Positions 49,974-61,543 are shown, numbered from the stretch's first letter. The stretch is DNA of 64,000 nt from Nitrospirota bacterium (GCA_963699545.1 CAVOUE010000005.1:256001-320000), one strand, 5' to 3'. Translations and numbers: made by a program. The notes: generated from the letters alone by a model not told the origin.

Positions 49974-51292
49974 AGCCGGATCCTTTCGAGATACTCTTCC
50001 CAGTCCTTTGCCGCCCTCTCCACGAGCATTTTTTTCCTCAGCTCCTTCTTCCTGCCGGAATTCACCGGAGGGAAAAGGCCGAAGTTTATATTGCTCGGCT
50101 GGAAATTTCGGGCCGGTGTGGTGATATGCCGGATGAGAGCGCCGTGGGCAGTGGTGTCGGGTACTGAAACGGCTTCCCTCCGGAGAATGCCCCTTGCGGC
50201 ATTTATCCCGGCCGCAAGTCCCATCGCGGTTGACTCTATATACCCTTCAACACCGGTTATCTGCCCGGCGAGGTATACGCCCTCTTTGGCTTTAAAGGTC
50301 AGGTCCGCGTTTAACATGAGCGGTGCATTGATGAAGGTATTCCGGTGCAGACTGCCGAACCTGAGGAATTCAGCCTTCCCGAGCCCGGGTATCATCCTGA
50401 AGACCCGCTGCTGCTCCGGCCATTTCAACCGCGTCTGAAATCCGACCATATTATATGCCGAACCGTCCCTGTTCTCGGGCCGCAGCTGGACAACAGCATG
50501 GGGTTCCCTCCCTGTCTTCGGGTCACGGAGCCCGACGGGCTTCATGGGACCGAACCGTAATGTATCCCTTCCCCTGGAGGCCATAACTTCCACAGGCATG
50601 CACCCTTCAAAGACCTTTTGGCTTTCAAAGTCCCTGACGTTCACCCGGTCGGATTCGATCAGGGCATCGAAGAATTTCCCGTATTCCTCCGGTGTCATGG
50701 GGCAATTGATATAATCATCGCCGCCTTTGCCGTATCTCGAAGCAAAATAGACCTTGTCGAGCTCGATGCTCGCGGCGTCGATGATGGGAGAAATGGCGTC
50801 ATAAAAATAGAGGTGTTCATTCCCCGTGATCCCGCCCAGGGCGTCTGCCATTCGGGCCGACGTCAGGGGACCGGTGGCGATGATGCACGGGGCACGAGGT
50901 ATCTCCCTCACCTCTTCCCTCACCACTTCTATGTTCGGGTTGCCGGAAACAGTGTCGGTCAGAAACCCGGAAAAGAGCGCCCTGTCCACCGCAACGGCGC
51001 TCCCTGCGGGAACCCTTGCCGCCTCTGCCGCCTGCATTATCAGGGAACCGGCCGCTTCCAGTTCCTTCTTCAGCAGACCCGGTGCGCTCATGACATCACC
51101 GGAACGCAGGGAATTTGAGCAGACCAGTTCTCCCAGAAACCCGGTCTTATGGGCCTCGGTGAGTTTGAGCGGCCTCATCTCAAAGAGCGTCACCTTTATG
51201 CCCCGAATAGCGGCCTGCCACGCGGCCTCGCTCCCTGCGAGGCCTCCCCCGACGATGATCAATTCGTTCATTGAACTATTCTCGATTTCCAT
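49970..51292 (-). CDS. trmFO: Folate/FAD-dependent tRNA m5U54 methyltransferase
   Basis: GGGLAGSEAA, ELVCSNS, FEGCMP, FGPMKPVG, AGQITGVEGY. Confidence 0.97.
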   Translation of the reverse strand: MEIENSSMNELIIVGGGLAGSEAAWQAAIRGIKVTLFEMRPLKLTEAHKTGFLGELVCSNSLRSGDVMSAPGLLKKELEAAGSLIMQAAEAARVPAGSAVAVDRALFSGFLTDTVSGNPNIEVVREEVREIPRAPCIIATGPLTSARMADALGGITGNEHLYFYDAISPIIDAASIELDKVYFASRYGKGGDDYINCPMTPEEYGKFFDALIESDRVNVRDFESQKVFEGCMPVEVMASRGRDTLRFGPMKPVGLRDPKTGREPHAVVQLRPENRDGSAYNMVGFQTRLKWPEQQRVFRMIPGLGKAEFLRFGSLHRNTFINAPLMLNADLTFKAKEGVYLAGQITGVEGYIESTAMGLAAGINAARGILRREAVSVPDTTAHGALIRHITTPARNFQPSNINFGLFPPVNSGRKKELRKKMLVERAAKDWEEYLERIRL

Positions 51293-51371
51293 GCGGGTTC
51301 TATCAAGGGAATATGATGCAACGTTTCATCCACTTCATTGTGAGAGGCAAGCAACAACGAGCCTTGATCGC

Positions 51372-51974
51372 TCACCTGATAAACTTTTTTTTCCAGTAGA
51401 TATAGACCGCCACGATGATCGCCGATCCTATGAGAAGCCCGATGGTGATCTGGGTGAGATATCTCTTGATCAGCTCTTCCTCTTGTCCGATGAGATAGCC
51501 GAGTCCGAGGAGAACGGTCACCCAGAAACCGGCGCCAAGCGCAGTATAGGACGTAAATTTCAGATGGTTCATCCTCCCGAGACCGGCGGGAAATGATATA
51601 AGGTGCCGCACAACAGGGATAAGCCTCCCTATGAACGTGGTGATCTCACCATGGTTATGGAAATACTCGTCGACCTTCAGGAACTTCTCCTTTGACACCC
51701 CGGCATATTTGCCGTATCTGAGGATGAATGGTCTCCCGAGCCAGAGGGCGATGAAATAGTTGAAATAGGCCCCGGCGACACTGCCCGTCACGCCGCATAA
51801 AAGACTGAGAGGAAAATTCATCCTGCCCTGCTGCACAAGATATCCGGCAGGGATCATCACCGCCTCGCTGGGTATCGGCACAAAGGTGCTCTCCAGGGCC
51901 ATCATGATGAAGATCCCGGGATAGCCGAGGTCGCCCACTGTCTGAACAAGCCATCTCAGAGCCTCTTGAATCAT
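51372..51974 (-). CDS. DedA family membrane protein
   Basis: ALESTFVPIPSEAVMIPAG, FIGRLIPVVRHLISFPAG. Confidence 0.92.
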   Translation of the reverse strand: MIQEALRWLVQTVGDLGYPGIFIMMALESTFVPIPSEAVMIPAGYLVQQGRMNFPLSLLCGVTGSVAGAYFNYFIALWLGRPFILRYGKYAGVSKEKFLKVDEYFHNHGEITTFIGRLIPVVRHLISFPAGLGRMNHLKFTSYTALGAGFWVTVLLGLGYLIGQEEELIKRYLTQITIGLLIGSAIIVAVYIYWKKKFIR

Positions 51975-52320
51975 CGCATCTTAATAATAGCATTAGGCTC
52001 AGGAATGTTTCAAAACTTTTGGAATGAGCACGATTGCTGAAGTGGATGTTTAGTTATCGAGAATGGATGAGTCCTCACAGGAATCTTCAGTGTAGAGCAT
52101 CTTGATTATTGTGAGGGGTACGAGGGAACTCATTACATATGTAACCTTAAAATCATAGATCCCCATCGCTTGTCCCGCGCCTTGCGGGGAGTGCGAGCTT
52201 CAGCAACGCTGAAAATGGGACCTGTTGTTTTTCTTTTTCTCGCAGACTCTCAACATTACTATCGGAAATAGAAACACTTCGGCAAATAGCTGACGTGCGT
52301 GTTTTCAGGTGCACACCGCT

Positions 52321-52665
52321 CTAATCTGCTCTACCCACTAATCGTGTTATCCCGACGAAGATGACAAACCACCCAATCAGCAGAACCAGTATATTTACTG
52401 CCAACCACAAAACAGCGGACCAGCTCGACGAAAACTGACGTTGCACACCTCGCTCAAAAAAGAACATATCCAAAAAATTGGCAGCTGGCCGCGAGCAGAT
52501 GTACAGACCGAGCATCACGCCGATGATACCATCCACCTTATCCGTACCGGTTAGCGTACGCAGGTAATAGAGCAAACCGCTATAGACAATACCGAGCGCT
52601 GATGCGCACAGAGTCTCGATATTACGTCTGCTCAGATGCTGATCCATAAGGCTTCTTGGTGGCAT
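52321..52665 (-). CDS. Hypothetical membrane protein
   Basis: 114 aa with about three TM segments; GLYICSRPAAN motif. Confidence 0.6.
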   Translation of the reverse strand: MPPRSLMDQHLSRRNIETLCASALGIVYSGLLYYLRTLTGTDKVDGIIGVMLGLYICSRPAANFLDMFFFERGVQRQFSSSWSAVLWLAVNILVLLIGWFVIFVGITRLVGRAD

Positions 52666-52793
52666 AATTCGTAGGGGGATAGCCTTTTAGCCTCCACGTC
52701 ATCCTCCAGGGAACAACACCCTGCTCCAGAAGCTGAATTATCTGATTTGTTATCTGATCGAACAGGGGGCGCGGAGGTTATCCCTTTTGAATC

Positions 52794-52829
52794 TCTGATG
52801 CAGGGCGCAGAGGATCACCCTGCATCAGA
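52794..52829. terminator. Strong hairpin downstream of the YSC84-like gene
   Basis: TCTGATGCAGGG...CCCTGCATCAGA 12-bp perfect inverted repeat; no clear T tract. Confidence 0.5.
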
Positions 52830-52836
52830 TCGGGAA

Positions 52837-53400
52837 TTAATCAGGATGTATCTTGGTGAATTTCGCACCCTTAATAGACACTCCGCCCATCAAGCCCTTC
52901 TGACTGAAAATGAAACCGGCAATCGGGTGCTGGCTCCGCAGTGTCTCAACAGAGACTTCTGCGCCTGTGGTAATAAGGGTGATCTCCGCGTCGACGCCTG
53001 CCACCCAGTTCTCACTGCTGCGGAACTTCCTGAGTACCTCATCGGTCATAAACAGGATGACCATATCGTATTTCTCGGCACCGATCTGCCATCCCACCGA
53101 ACCCTCCGCAAGGCTGTAATAGCCCACAGTCTTGCCGCCGACCAGCAGCGCGCCCTGACCGTACTTCCCTCCGACCACGAACCCGGCCTTGGTTATGCCT
53201 GGCATGACGAGCACTCCCTTGGCGCCCTTGAGATATTCGGTGCCTCCCTTGATTTTCTGCTTAAAGCGGCTCATCCCTGCCTTGACGCTAGCGTTGATCT
53301 CTCCTTTCGTCTTCGCATACGACACGGCTGCAAGCAGAGATAACGCAAACGTAAAACCTAAAACCAGTGCAAGCACTCTGCAATAATCACGCATCTTCAT
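52837..53400 (-). CDS. YSC84/SYLF lipid-binding domain protein
   Basis: Signal peptide; AKGVLVMP..KAGFVVGG..GQG, GWQIGA, KGLMGGVSIKG. Confidence 0.85.
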   Translation of the reverse strand: MKMRDYCRVLALVLGFTFALSLLAAVSYAKTKGEINASVKAGMSRFKQKIKGGTEYLKGAKGVLVMPGITKAGFVVGGKYGQGALLVGGKTVGYYSLAEGSVGWQIGAEKYDMVILFMTDEVLRKFRSSENWVAGVDAEITLITTGAEVSVETLRSQHPIAGFIFSQKGLMGGVSIKGAKFTKIHPD

Positions 53401-53770
53401 CGTCGCTCCTCCTTCCTGCTTGTTTTCCGACCTGCGTCCTCTGTTAACCCATTATAATAAAGTATATCAATTCCTTAGCGTGCTTGCACGTCAGCTTGGC
53501 GTTATCGATTTCCAATAATAATCCGAAGTAAGCGACTACAGTCAACTGTTGCGGTTTTCAGGAAGGACATCAGCCTTCTGCGGATAACAACTCATACTCC
53601 GCACTTTTGTTCAGTATACCACTGGTGCGGACCACAGGAAGGATTTGAGACTTGTTACCAGTTAAACTAAGCAATCGAAATCTTGTTCTTCACAAACTCC
53701 TGATACTCGGTTGAAGAAAAATCGATCCCTACGCCAACAGTTTGGACACAGTTAACAAAGCACCTTGGTC

Positions 53771-53881
53771 TCACTTCTTTGGTCCGTCCTTTTTGCTGTT
53801 GCGAACCATTTGCAACACCGCAAAGATCCCCATTGCAATAACGGCAATACAGAAAACCAGTATGACAATGTTCAGGAACAT
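53771..53881 (-). CDS. Small single-TM protein (36 aa)
   Basis: MFLNIVILVFCIAVIAMGIFAVLQMVRNSKKDGPKK after an AAAGGAGG RBS. Confidence 0.5.
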   Translation of the reverse strand: MFLNIVILVFCIAVIAMGIFAVLQMVRNSKKDGPKK

Positions 53882-54074
53882 CCTCTTTTTCCTCCTTTCA
53901 AGGTATTTGGGAGCACCATACAAAATAACCATACCTTCTATTGTTGGCTTTGTCAAATTCACAAACGCATCGTTGCCGTACGCTTTGAAAATACTGGGGA
54001 CAACACATCCCAATTTCTTAATACCTTCCCCACGATCAGCCTGACGTCCAACGGGGTTATTCACGCCCGTGCTC

Positions 54075-55058
54075 CTATGGCACCTTATTCCGCACCTCAA
54101 ACAGCATCGCGTCCGGGCTTCCTCCCCTCTGGTACGTGAGCGCCAGTTTACCGAGCAGAAAGCCGAATTTCTTTATTGCGCCCAGCTGGTTAAAAAAGCG
54201 GCCCTCCAGCACCATGGTCTGCTCGCTGCATGCCATTCGCGTCGAGCCGATCTGACCAACCGAGATATCGCCCGCCATGTCACTATCGCTCGCGCTGGCA
54301 AAGTAGCGGTTACACCCCCCGCTGCCGGTGAACTGCCCGTTCAGGTAACGGAGGGTAATGAGCGGCTCGGCCGGCGCCGGCTCGTTCCCACCCCATTGCC
54401 TGAGCACCCACTCTGTTGCCGCAATGCTCTGGAGTGAGAGCCTGCCCGGCTTGTCCTCGGTGACAACCGGATCCAGCACTCCTCCCGGCTCAAGCACCCA
54501 GCCGACGGTCGCAACCTCGCCCGGGCAGCAGGCAAAGTCTGAGGGACCGCCTCTTACCACTTCGAGAATAATAGACCGTCCCTTGATCCTTCCACCGCGA
54601 ACCTGCACACGGTCACCGATAAACTTTGTGGCGATGTTTTGCGGCTCACCACCACGCCGACTGACGACCGCAACATAGAGGAATTGACCGGTGCCGCCAG
54701 TGCCGAGCTTGAGCAGAGTGACCGCTTCATCGAAGCCGTCACCATCGAGGTCCCCGGTGACAATAAAATCTGAGAGGAGACTGAGTATCGGTCTTACCGC
54801 ACCGCCCTCGCTGTAGGCGGGACCTTCCCACCTGCCGCCAATGAGGCGCACGGAGCCTTTGATCCCTTCACAACCGTCAAATCCAGTATAGACGGCGTTC
54901 TCCAGCTCTGCACGGGTGGGAGCCGTGGATACGCTCACCGCTCCTCCGGCCGTCTCGCTCCCGGCGGCAAAGGATTCAACGTAACTGCCGAAGGCAAGAA
55001 AGACAAGAAGGGACAGCAGAACACAGGGCCCTATCCGATACCGACCGGCACATTCCAT
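54075..55058 (-). CDS. META (HslJ-like) domain secreted protein
   Basis: GDLDGDG EF-like loop, ACCP, C-terminal GSGGCNRY...STRMAC. Confidence 0.82.
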   Translation of the reverse strand: MECAGRYRIGPCVLLSLLVFLAFGSYVESFAAGSETAGGAVSVSTAPTRAELENAVYTGFDGCEGIKGSVRLIGGRWEGPAYSEGGAVRPILSLLSDFIVTGDLDGDGFDEAVTLLKLGTGGTGQFLYVAVVSRRGGEPQNIATKFIGDRVQVRGGRIKGRSIILEVVRGGPSDFACCPGEVATVGWVLEPGGVLDPVVTEDKPGRLSLQSIAATEWVLRQWGGNEPAPAEPLITLRYLNGQFTGSGGCNRYFASASDSDMAGDISVGQIGSTRMACSEQTMVLEGRFFNQLGAIKKFGFLLGKLALTYQRGGSPDAMLFEVRNKVP

Positions 55059-55164
55059 CTTCCGTCAACCTCCTCCCACGGTCTGTTGATCACATGCAGA
55101 CTAAAATAAAGGCACGGCCTGAACGCCTACCCCACTTCACTGCGGGTTCCCTCTCAGCCGATCA

Positions 55165-55740
55165 CTACCTTCGGATACTCTTCCCGATAGAGAAAGCCTC
55201 TCCGAGATAGTCGCCGACTTTATGATAGTGACGTACGTCCGGGCTAAAGATGATAGGTCTCACTTTTTCGATGTCAGGAACTCCTTTTTCGCTGAGCACG
55301 GATTCATCTGCCTTGACATCAAAGATCTCTCCGATAAATTGGGTGTGAAGTCCAATTTCTATGACATGAATGACTTTACACTCCAGGACCAAGGGAAATT
55401 CTTTCAAATAAGGGGCATCGACCAGCTCACTTTTTACAGGGGTAAATCCGGTGGCGGCAAACTTGTCCTCATTCCTGCCCGAAACCGATCCAAAATAATC
55501 GGCTTCCCTGGCATACACTTCAGACGGAATGTTCAGAGTAAATGCCTTTCGTTCCACAATGTTGCCGTAACTATATGTCGCTTTCCTGAGAGAAATCGCC
55601 ACACAGGGAGGCTGAGAACAGCAAATCCCTCCCCATGCAATAGTCATAACGTTCGGTTTCCCTTCCTTATCGTATGTTCCGACAACCCATACCGGTGTCG
55701 GGTACACTAGTGTTTTCGCACCCAATGACTTCTTTATCAT
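55165..55740 (-). CDS. Flavin reductase-like (flavoredoxin) protein
   Basis: [38 protein letters not shown]. Confidence 0.9.
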   Translation of the reverse strand: MIKKSLGAKTLVYPTPVWVVGTYDKEGKPNVMTIAWGGICCSQPPCVAISLRKATYSYGNIVERKAFTLNIPSEVYAREADYFGSVSGRNEDKFAATGFTPVKSELVDAPYLKEFPLVLECKVIHVIEIGLHTQFIGEIFDVKADESVLSEKGVPDIEKVRPIIFSPDVRHYHKVGDYLGEAFSIGKSIRR

Positions 55741-55928
55741 AGTATCCTCCCAGGCCGTGTTGAGAATTGTCGCATTTCTCCCGCCATTCTTCCCATTTTA
55801 GCAGATAGAATGAATGAATGTTGGAGCAGGAGGGCGTGGCTGTTGCGGCATTATGAAATTTGACTATGCCGCTCAGCGGTGCTAAAGTGTTCCTGGATAT
55901 AAGAAAAACAAGAACAGGGAGTGATCGT

Positions 55929-56536
55929 GTGAAAAAGTGTGCGTTTCTCATTGTACCTGTGATGATCACGTTTGCAATGCTTGCGGGGTCCTGTGAGGGC
56001 GGTGATTCTGCCATTAAGGTCGGGCTGATAGTAGAATTGACCGGCGATATCCCGGCTGTCGGCGCATCCTGCAAGGATTCAGCCGAAATGGCCGTCAGGG
56101 AAATAAACGAAGCAGGCCCATCGTCCTGAGATCAAGGCCCCGTTCCTCGGCAGCGATTCATGGGGCAGCCACGACCTCGTCAAACTCTGTGGCGGAGATT
56201 GCGGGGGGGTACTATTTCAGCACCCACTATTCCGCCGGGTCTCCGGCCCCTGCGGCGAGAAAATTCGTCCGGGCGTATACTACGGCATACGGAAAGACCC
56301 CTGATGACGTGGCCGCGCTGACCTACGACTCCTTCGGACTGCTGGGGCAGGCCTTCATGAGAGCAGAAAGGCTCGACCGGCAAGCAGTGCGGGATGCGCT
56401 GGCAAGGATACGGGGATATGAAGGAGTAACGGGCAGAATGCAGTTTCGCGACGACTCCGGGGATCCGATCAAAAGCGCCGTTATCCTCCAGATAAAGGAT
56501 GGGCAGTTCATCTGGTTTGCTGACGCCCAGCCCTGA
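55929..56536 (+). pseudogene. Branched-chain amino acid ABC substrate-binding protein (LivK-like) with a large internal deletion
   Basis: IKVGLIVELTG...MAVREINEAG joins directly, out of frame, to C-terminal FLGSDSW...YFSTHYS...YDSF...GVTG. Confidence 0.75.
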
Positions 56537-56644
56537 GCCCGCAGAGAATAAGCGGGCCGCGCGTAGCGCGATTGAAGACTGTTGGAAGGTTGACGGGGCC
56601 GCTACGCTTCGCTATCATATGATCAAGAGGAGACCCTGAGGGAA

Positions 56645-57547
56645 ATGTCAATGCGATCTTTCAAGGAAATCAAGCACGATTACCGCTTTGCCGAGGACGA
56701 CGAAAAACGACTCGCGGCGCTCCAACCCCTCATGGAAGAGCACGCTGATGAGATCATGAGCACGCTCAACCTCTGGTTCATCGGAACCAAGGGCGCCTCC
56801 ACGTTTTTTACGGCCGAGACGCTGAAGACCCACGTCTTTAATACGCAGAGGATGTGGTTTGCGAAGCTCTTTTCCGGAACCTATGATAACCGGTTTTATG
56901 AGCAACTGATCAAGATAGGCTCCGCGCATGTGCGCCGCAATGTCGATGTCCACTATCTGCAGCGTGCAGCAAATATCATCAAGAACTCCTGCACCGGGAT
57001 CCTCTCGAAGGTGGAAGTGCCGGTGGCGGAGATCACCAGCAACATCATCAGTGTCGGGAAGATCATCGAAATCAGCATGAGCGTGATCGTGAGCGCTTAC
57101 ATCGAGGAAGAGATGCGCCTCTACTCTCCTGTCTACAAAGTGAAGAGCGTCCTCATCAGCTTTTCGGAGCGGTTCTCCCAGGCCACCAATTTCATGCTGG
57201 TGTTTGCGCTCATCGGTCTGACGATTGGCGTTGTCTGGCTCTTCCTCCGGGATGTGGTCCATATCTTCTCGGGGGATATCGAGAAGGGCGTTATCTCTGC
57301 CCTCGGGTCGATGCTTCTCCTCTGGCTCATGATAGAACTTATGAACACGGAGATCTCTCACCTCAAAGGAGGCAAATTTCATGTAAGCATATTCGTAGGC
57401 GTTGCACTGGTGACGATGATCCGGGAGACGATGATCGCAACTCTCCGCCATGAACAACCGGAGTTCATTTACTACCTTATTGCCGGGATACTCGTCATAG
57501 GCTTCGTATACTGGATCGTCACGAAGACCGAAGACCGGCAGAAATAA
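56645..57547 (+). CDS. Protoglobin (globin sensor) domain fused to a PsiE-like membrane domain
   Basis: Globin WFAKLFSG.YD...IGSAHVR (proximal His); four C-terminal TM helices with IELMNT and VALVTMIRE. Confidence 0.8.
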   Translation: MSMRSFKEIKHDYRFAEDDEKRLAALQPLMEEHADEIMSTLNLWFIGTKGASTFFTAETLKTHVFNTQRMWFAKLFSGTYDNRFYEQLIKIGSAHVRRNVDVHYLQRAANIIKNSCTGILSKVEVPVAEITSNIISVGKIIEISMSVIVSAYIEEEMRLYSPVYKVKSVLISFSERFSQATNFMLVFALIGLTIGVVWLFLRDVVHIFSGDIEKGVISALGSMLLLWLMIELMNTEISHLKGGKFHVSIFVGVALVTMIRETMIATLRHEQPEFIYYLIAGILVIGFVYWIVTKTEDRQK

Positions 57548-57807
57548 AATAATGGTAAAATAATGGGGACACATCCCCTTTCCAGATGAGATGGTAACGT
57601 ACAAAAAATTAAGCGTGAAAAGTAACGGCAACATGGCCTCATCTCCACGACACTCAACCGTTCCTATTTTCCCCGGTATCCATTAAGAATTTCAATGCAT
57701 TCTGCGTGTGAAGTTTCAGCTGTTCTTTGCTGGAGGCAGCTTTAAATAGAAGTTGCCGCAAAGAAACACTTTAGAAATATGATTTTTGGATAGCGTAAAC
57801 TAAAAGG

Positions 57808-58485
57808 ATGAACGATCTCAACATTCGAGCACTCCGCTCAACTCTCTTTGGCACTATCGTCATGGCGGCACTTCTCTTTATTCCCGCGGGGACGCTCGAC
57901 TACTGGCAGGGATGGGCCTTTATGGCCGTCTTTGTGGGAGCGTCTGCCGCTATCACGGTGTTTCTCGCGATAAAGGATCCGAAGCTCCTCGAGCGGCGCA
58001 TGAGGGCGGGACCAACGGCGGAAAAAGAACCGACGCAAAAAATCATAATGTTTTTTGCGATGGCAGGATTTATCGCCTTGATCGTTTTTCCCCCACTTGA
58101 TCATCGCTTTGGATGGTCTCCTGTGCCGTCGTATATATCCTTTGCGGGAGACGCACTCATCGCGCTCGGATTTCTTCTCATCTTCTTTGTGGTCCGGGTA
58201 AATACCTACGGCGCTTCCACGATTCAGATAGCCGAGGGCCAGAAGGTCATCTCTACGGGCCCGTACGCCCTCGTGCGGCATCCTATGTATGCCGGAGCGC
58301 TTCCTTTACTTGCAGGAGTGCCGCTTGCTCTTGGTTCCTGGTGGGGATTGTCCGGGCTTGTCCTGTTCCTGCCTGCGCTCGTATGGCGGCTTCTTGATGA
58401 AGAGAAGTTCTTGAAGAAGAATCTGCCCGGATATGCGGAATATTGTGAGAAAGTACGTTACAGGCTCATTCCTTTTGTTTGGTAA
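57808..58485 (+). CDS. Isoprenylcysteine carboxylmethyltransferase (ICMT/PEMT) family protein
   Basis: STGPYALVRHPMYAG, EEKFL..LPGY..Y...RLIPFVW. Confidence 0.9.
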   Translation: MNDLNIRALRSTLFGTIVMAALLFIPAGTLDYWQGWAFMAVFVGASAAITVFLAIKDPKLLERRMRAGPTAEKEPTQKIIMFFAMAGFIALIVFPPLDHRFGWSPVPSYISFAGDALIALGFLLIFFVVRVNTYGASTIQIAEGQKVISTGPYALVRHPMYAGALPLLAGVPLALGSWWGLSGLVLFLPALVWRLLDEEKFLKKNLPGYAEYCEKVRYRLIPFVW

Positions 58486-58499
58486 AGAATTCAAAGTGG

Positions 58500-58740
58500 A
58501 AAATACCGGGGAACATCCTTTTTCTCAATCGCCTTCCCCGACGTCAAACGGGGTTATTCGCGCCCGCGCTCCCAGGGCAACTTATTTCGCACCTCAAACA
58601 GCATCACGTCCTGACTTCCTCCCCTCTGGTACGTAAACGCCAGGTTACCGAGCAGAAAGCCGAATTTCTTTATTGCGCCCAGTTGGTAACCTCCTCCCAC
58701 GGTCTTCGGATTTTTCGGACCCAATGACTTCTTCATCATA
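58500..58740 (-). repeat. Collapsed degenerate duplicate of the flavin reductase-META segment
   Basis: 58540-58687 resembles 54043-54190; 58688-58705 is identical to 55067-55084; 58712-58740 resembles 55713-55741. Confidence 0.8.
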
Positions 58741-59842
58741 TCACCGCGCCTGACCGGTAATATCCGTGATCACTTCAGGTGTTCCGAACATCGGGATTCG
58801 CTTCACCACGGTCCCCGAAAAATCGAGCGCATTCAGATCGATCTTCCGGAGATTCTGGTTCTCGTATGTTTTAAAGTAGAAAATACGATGAGTAATATCC
58901 CGGAAAGAGGCCCACTGGGTCGATTCTTTAAGAACGGTTTTCTTGTCCGCCGAAGTATCGGTCACCATGCCGATAGGGATATCGAACGTGTTCATGATAT
59001 GCAGGGCAAGATTCAGATTTCCCGCCGCATCAGGAGCTTTATCGGATAACAGGGTCAGAACGGCAAGCCGCACGAACCTGCTCGGCGGGGTGAGGTCTCC
59101 CCGGGAGGCCGAACATTCCGGACCCATGGCCCGTTGGCAGAAGGGTGCGCCCGAATATACGATACGGTTCGGGACTCTCGGTCTTTATGTCGAGATACTG
59201 CCGCAGGTTCGTCAGGTGCCAGGGGAATGACGGGGCATTCGTCATGATCCCGAGGGGATTGTCGTAGATGTTACACGTGCCGTTTTCATATTCAATAACG
59301 ATACAACCGCCGCTTGCATCATACACGATGAAATGCACGGGCGACGATATTTTCGTCACGGGGTCCGTATACTTGAAGACCTTCAGTTTCCTGATCTCAC
59401 GCCTCACCTCTTCCACACTTGCGAAGTTGCCGAGTATCCAATCTCCGACCATGCCCTGCGCGAGAGAGCGGCTCATCTCGCCCGGGGCAACATCTTGCCA
59501 TATCGTGTCTATCTCGAACCACAGCATACCGATGGCAAGCCCTTTCTCGTTCATACCGTCTGATACGCCGTAGTCCATTCCGAAGGCTGCTACGCCGACG
59601 TACCCATAGCGCGTGTTCCAGATCACTCCTTCTTTCCCATCAGGGGAAGGACTTGCATAGGCCTTGTTCCGGGGAACTACAATAGCATCGTATTTCATAT
59701 CCACCCCAAACTCCAATGAACGTCCTATGATCATCGATCCGTCGCCTGCTTTCAGCCGAAACACGGTGCAAGAGTCCGCAGGCAGAGGGGACAATCCCAA
59801 TAAGAACAAACCACCTATAAGCATCACCATTATTCTTTGCAT
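58741..59842 (-). CDS. Secreted linear amide C-N hydrolase (choloylglycine hydrolase/penicillin V acylase family), frameshift near 59100
   Basis: Signal peptide then catalytic CT; GRSLEF, DGMNEKGL, TNAP; GLPG/GDLTPPSRFVR split over two frames. Confidence 0.85.
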
Positions 59843-60231
59843 GGCACGCTCCTTTTGCATACTATTTCCTGATGCTCCCGGCGGGCGACCTCCCCTTTCC
59901 TGCCAGACTATAGCACAGGGGGACAGGCTTCGCAAGAATTTGTTCCTGCCTTGAAGGTTTGGCTCGTGAGTCCAAAGAAAAAGGTATAATAGTTCATGGA
60001 AACCTGTCCTGTTTGCGAGCAACCTGTCGCTGCATGCATCTGCTGTCCCGAATGAGGGCATGTCTGCCTCCTGGATCTTGGAGAGCCCTACTGCCCGGTC
60101 TGTAAACCCGCGCCTGCATCGAACGACGATACAACCACCGGCACGCGGGAGCGGGAAGCCGGGCCATAAGCCTTGCGCAGGGAAGCCCTTCCAAGCTGAA
60201 TAAGAGGAGAACTTTTGTGGTATAATCTTTT

Positions 60232-61543
60232 ATGCATAGCAGGCGCATCTTACCCTTACTGCTTGTTACCTTTCTTCTCTCAATTGTCCCCCCTCTTTCT
60301 TCAAATGAAACTCCACGGGAGGTGATGGTCATCACCGTGGACGGCGTCATCAACCCTGTCTCATCGGAATATATCGGAAAAAGCATCAGGAAGGCAGTCA
60401 GCAAAGGGATGGAAGCGCTGGTGATAGAACTGGATACCCCGGGAGGTCTGGACACGTCGATGAGGAGGATTGTGAAAGACATTGTGAGCAGTGAAGTGCC
60501 GGTGGCGGTGTACGTTGCACCCAGCGGCGCACGGGCGGCATCTGCAGGGCGTATTCTTGACGCTTGCGGCCCATGTGGCCGCCATGGCCCCGGGGACCAA
60601 TATCGGCGCCGCACACCCCGTAGGCCTTGGTGAGAAAATGGACAAGACCATCGCCGAGAAGGCCACCAATGACGCGGCCGCGTATATCAAATCCCTGGCA
60701 GAAAGCAGGGGAAGGAACGCGCAGTGGGCCGAGAAGGCGGTACGGGAGAGCATATCCGCTACAGAAGGCGAGGCGTTGAAGGAACATGTGATCGACCTGG
60801 TGGAGAAGGATATCGCTTCTCTCCTTTCGGATATTGATGGCAGGAAGGTCAGGACCCCCTTTGGAGAGCGGACCCTCAGGACAAAGGACGCGAAGGTGGT
60901 CAGGGAAGAGATAAGCCTGAGACTGAGGATACTGAATTTCATCAGCGACCCCAATGTTGCCTATATCCTCATGCTCCTGGGGTTCTACGGTCTTTTCTTT
61001 GAGCTCACCAGCCCGGGCGCCATTTTCCCCGGCAGTGATGCAGGGGGCATATGCCTCATTCTCGCCTTTTACGCATTCCAGACATTGCCGGTCAATTACG
61101 CAGGTCTCCTCCTCATCATCCTGGCGGTCGTGCTCTTCATACTGGAGATGAAGATCGTCTCCCACGGGGTTCTGACCATCGGCGGGATCATTGCCATGAC
61201 CATCGGCTCCCTTATGCTCTTTGAATCTCCCGGACCCTTTGTGCGGCTCTCCCTTTATCTGGTCCTGCCCGCCGTCTTTATTACCGCCCTTTTCTTTTCG
61301 CCTCACCATCAGCCTTGCACTGAAGGCCCACAGGAGAAGACCTGTCACGGGAAAAGAAGAGCTCACCGGCATGGAAGGGGTCGCAAGAACGGACATCACC
61401 AGGGAGGGAGGCACGGTATCCCTTCACGGAGAGCTCTGGTCCGCCTTTTCAGATGATGCCATCGCAAGAAATGCAATAAGATAGTGGTCGAAGAAGTGAG
61501 GGATCTAAAATTGAAGGTACGCAAACAAAGGAGGGTAGTATGA
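60232..61543 (+). CDS. nfeD: NfeD-like membrane-bound serine protease (several frameshifts)
   Basis: LDTPGGL, GARAASAG, MAPGTNIGAAHPV, TM region, C-terminal GELWSA OB domain across different frames; upstream of the SPFH gene. Confidence 0.85.

Noticed and set aside
52288-53496. 11-bp inverted repeat AGCTGACGTGC flanking two genes as transposon ends
   Set aside because: Too short, with no transposase and no target-site duplication seen
53480-53760. Possible decayed gene fragment or ncRNA in an AT-rich spacer
   Set aside because: The minus-strand frame examined has several stops, and no family or stable structure could be supported by eye
56127-56129. TGA in the livK-like gene as selenocysteine
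   Set aside because: Downstream homology is in a different frame and most of the protein is missing, so this is a deletion junction
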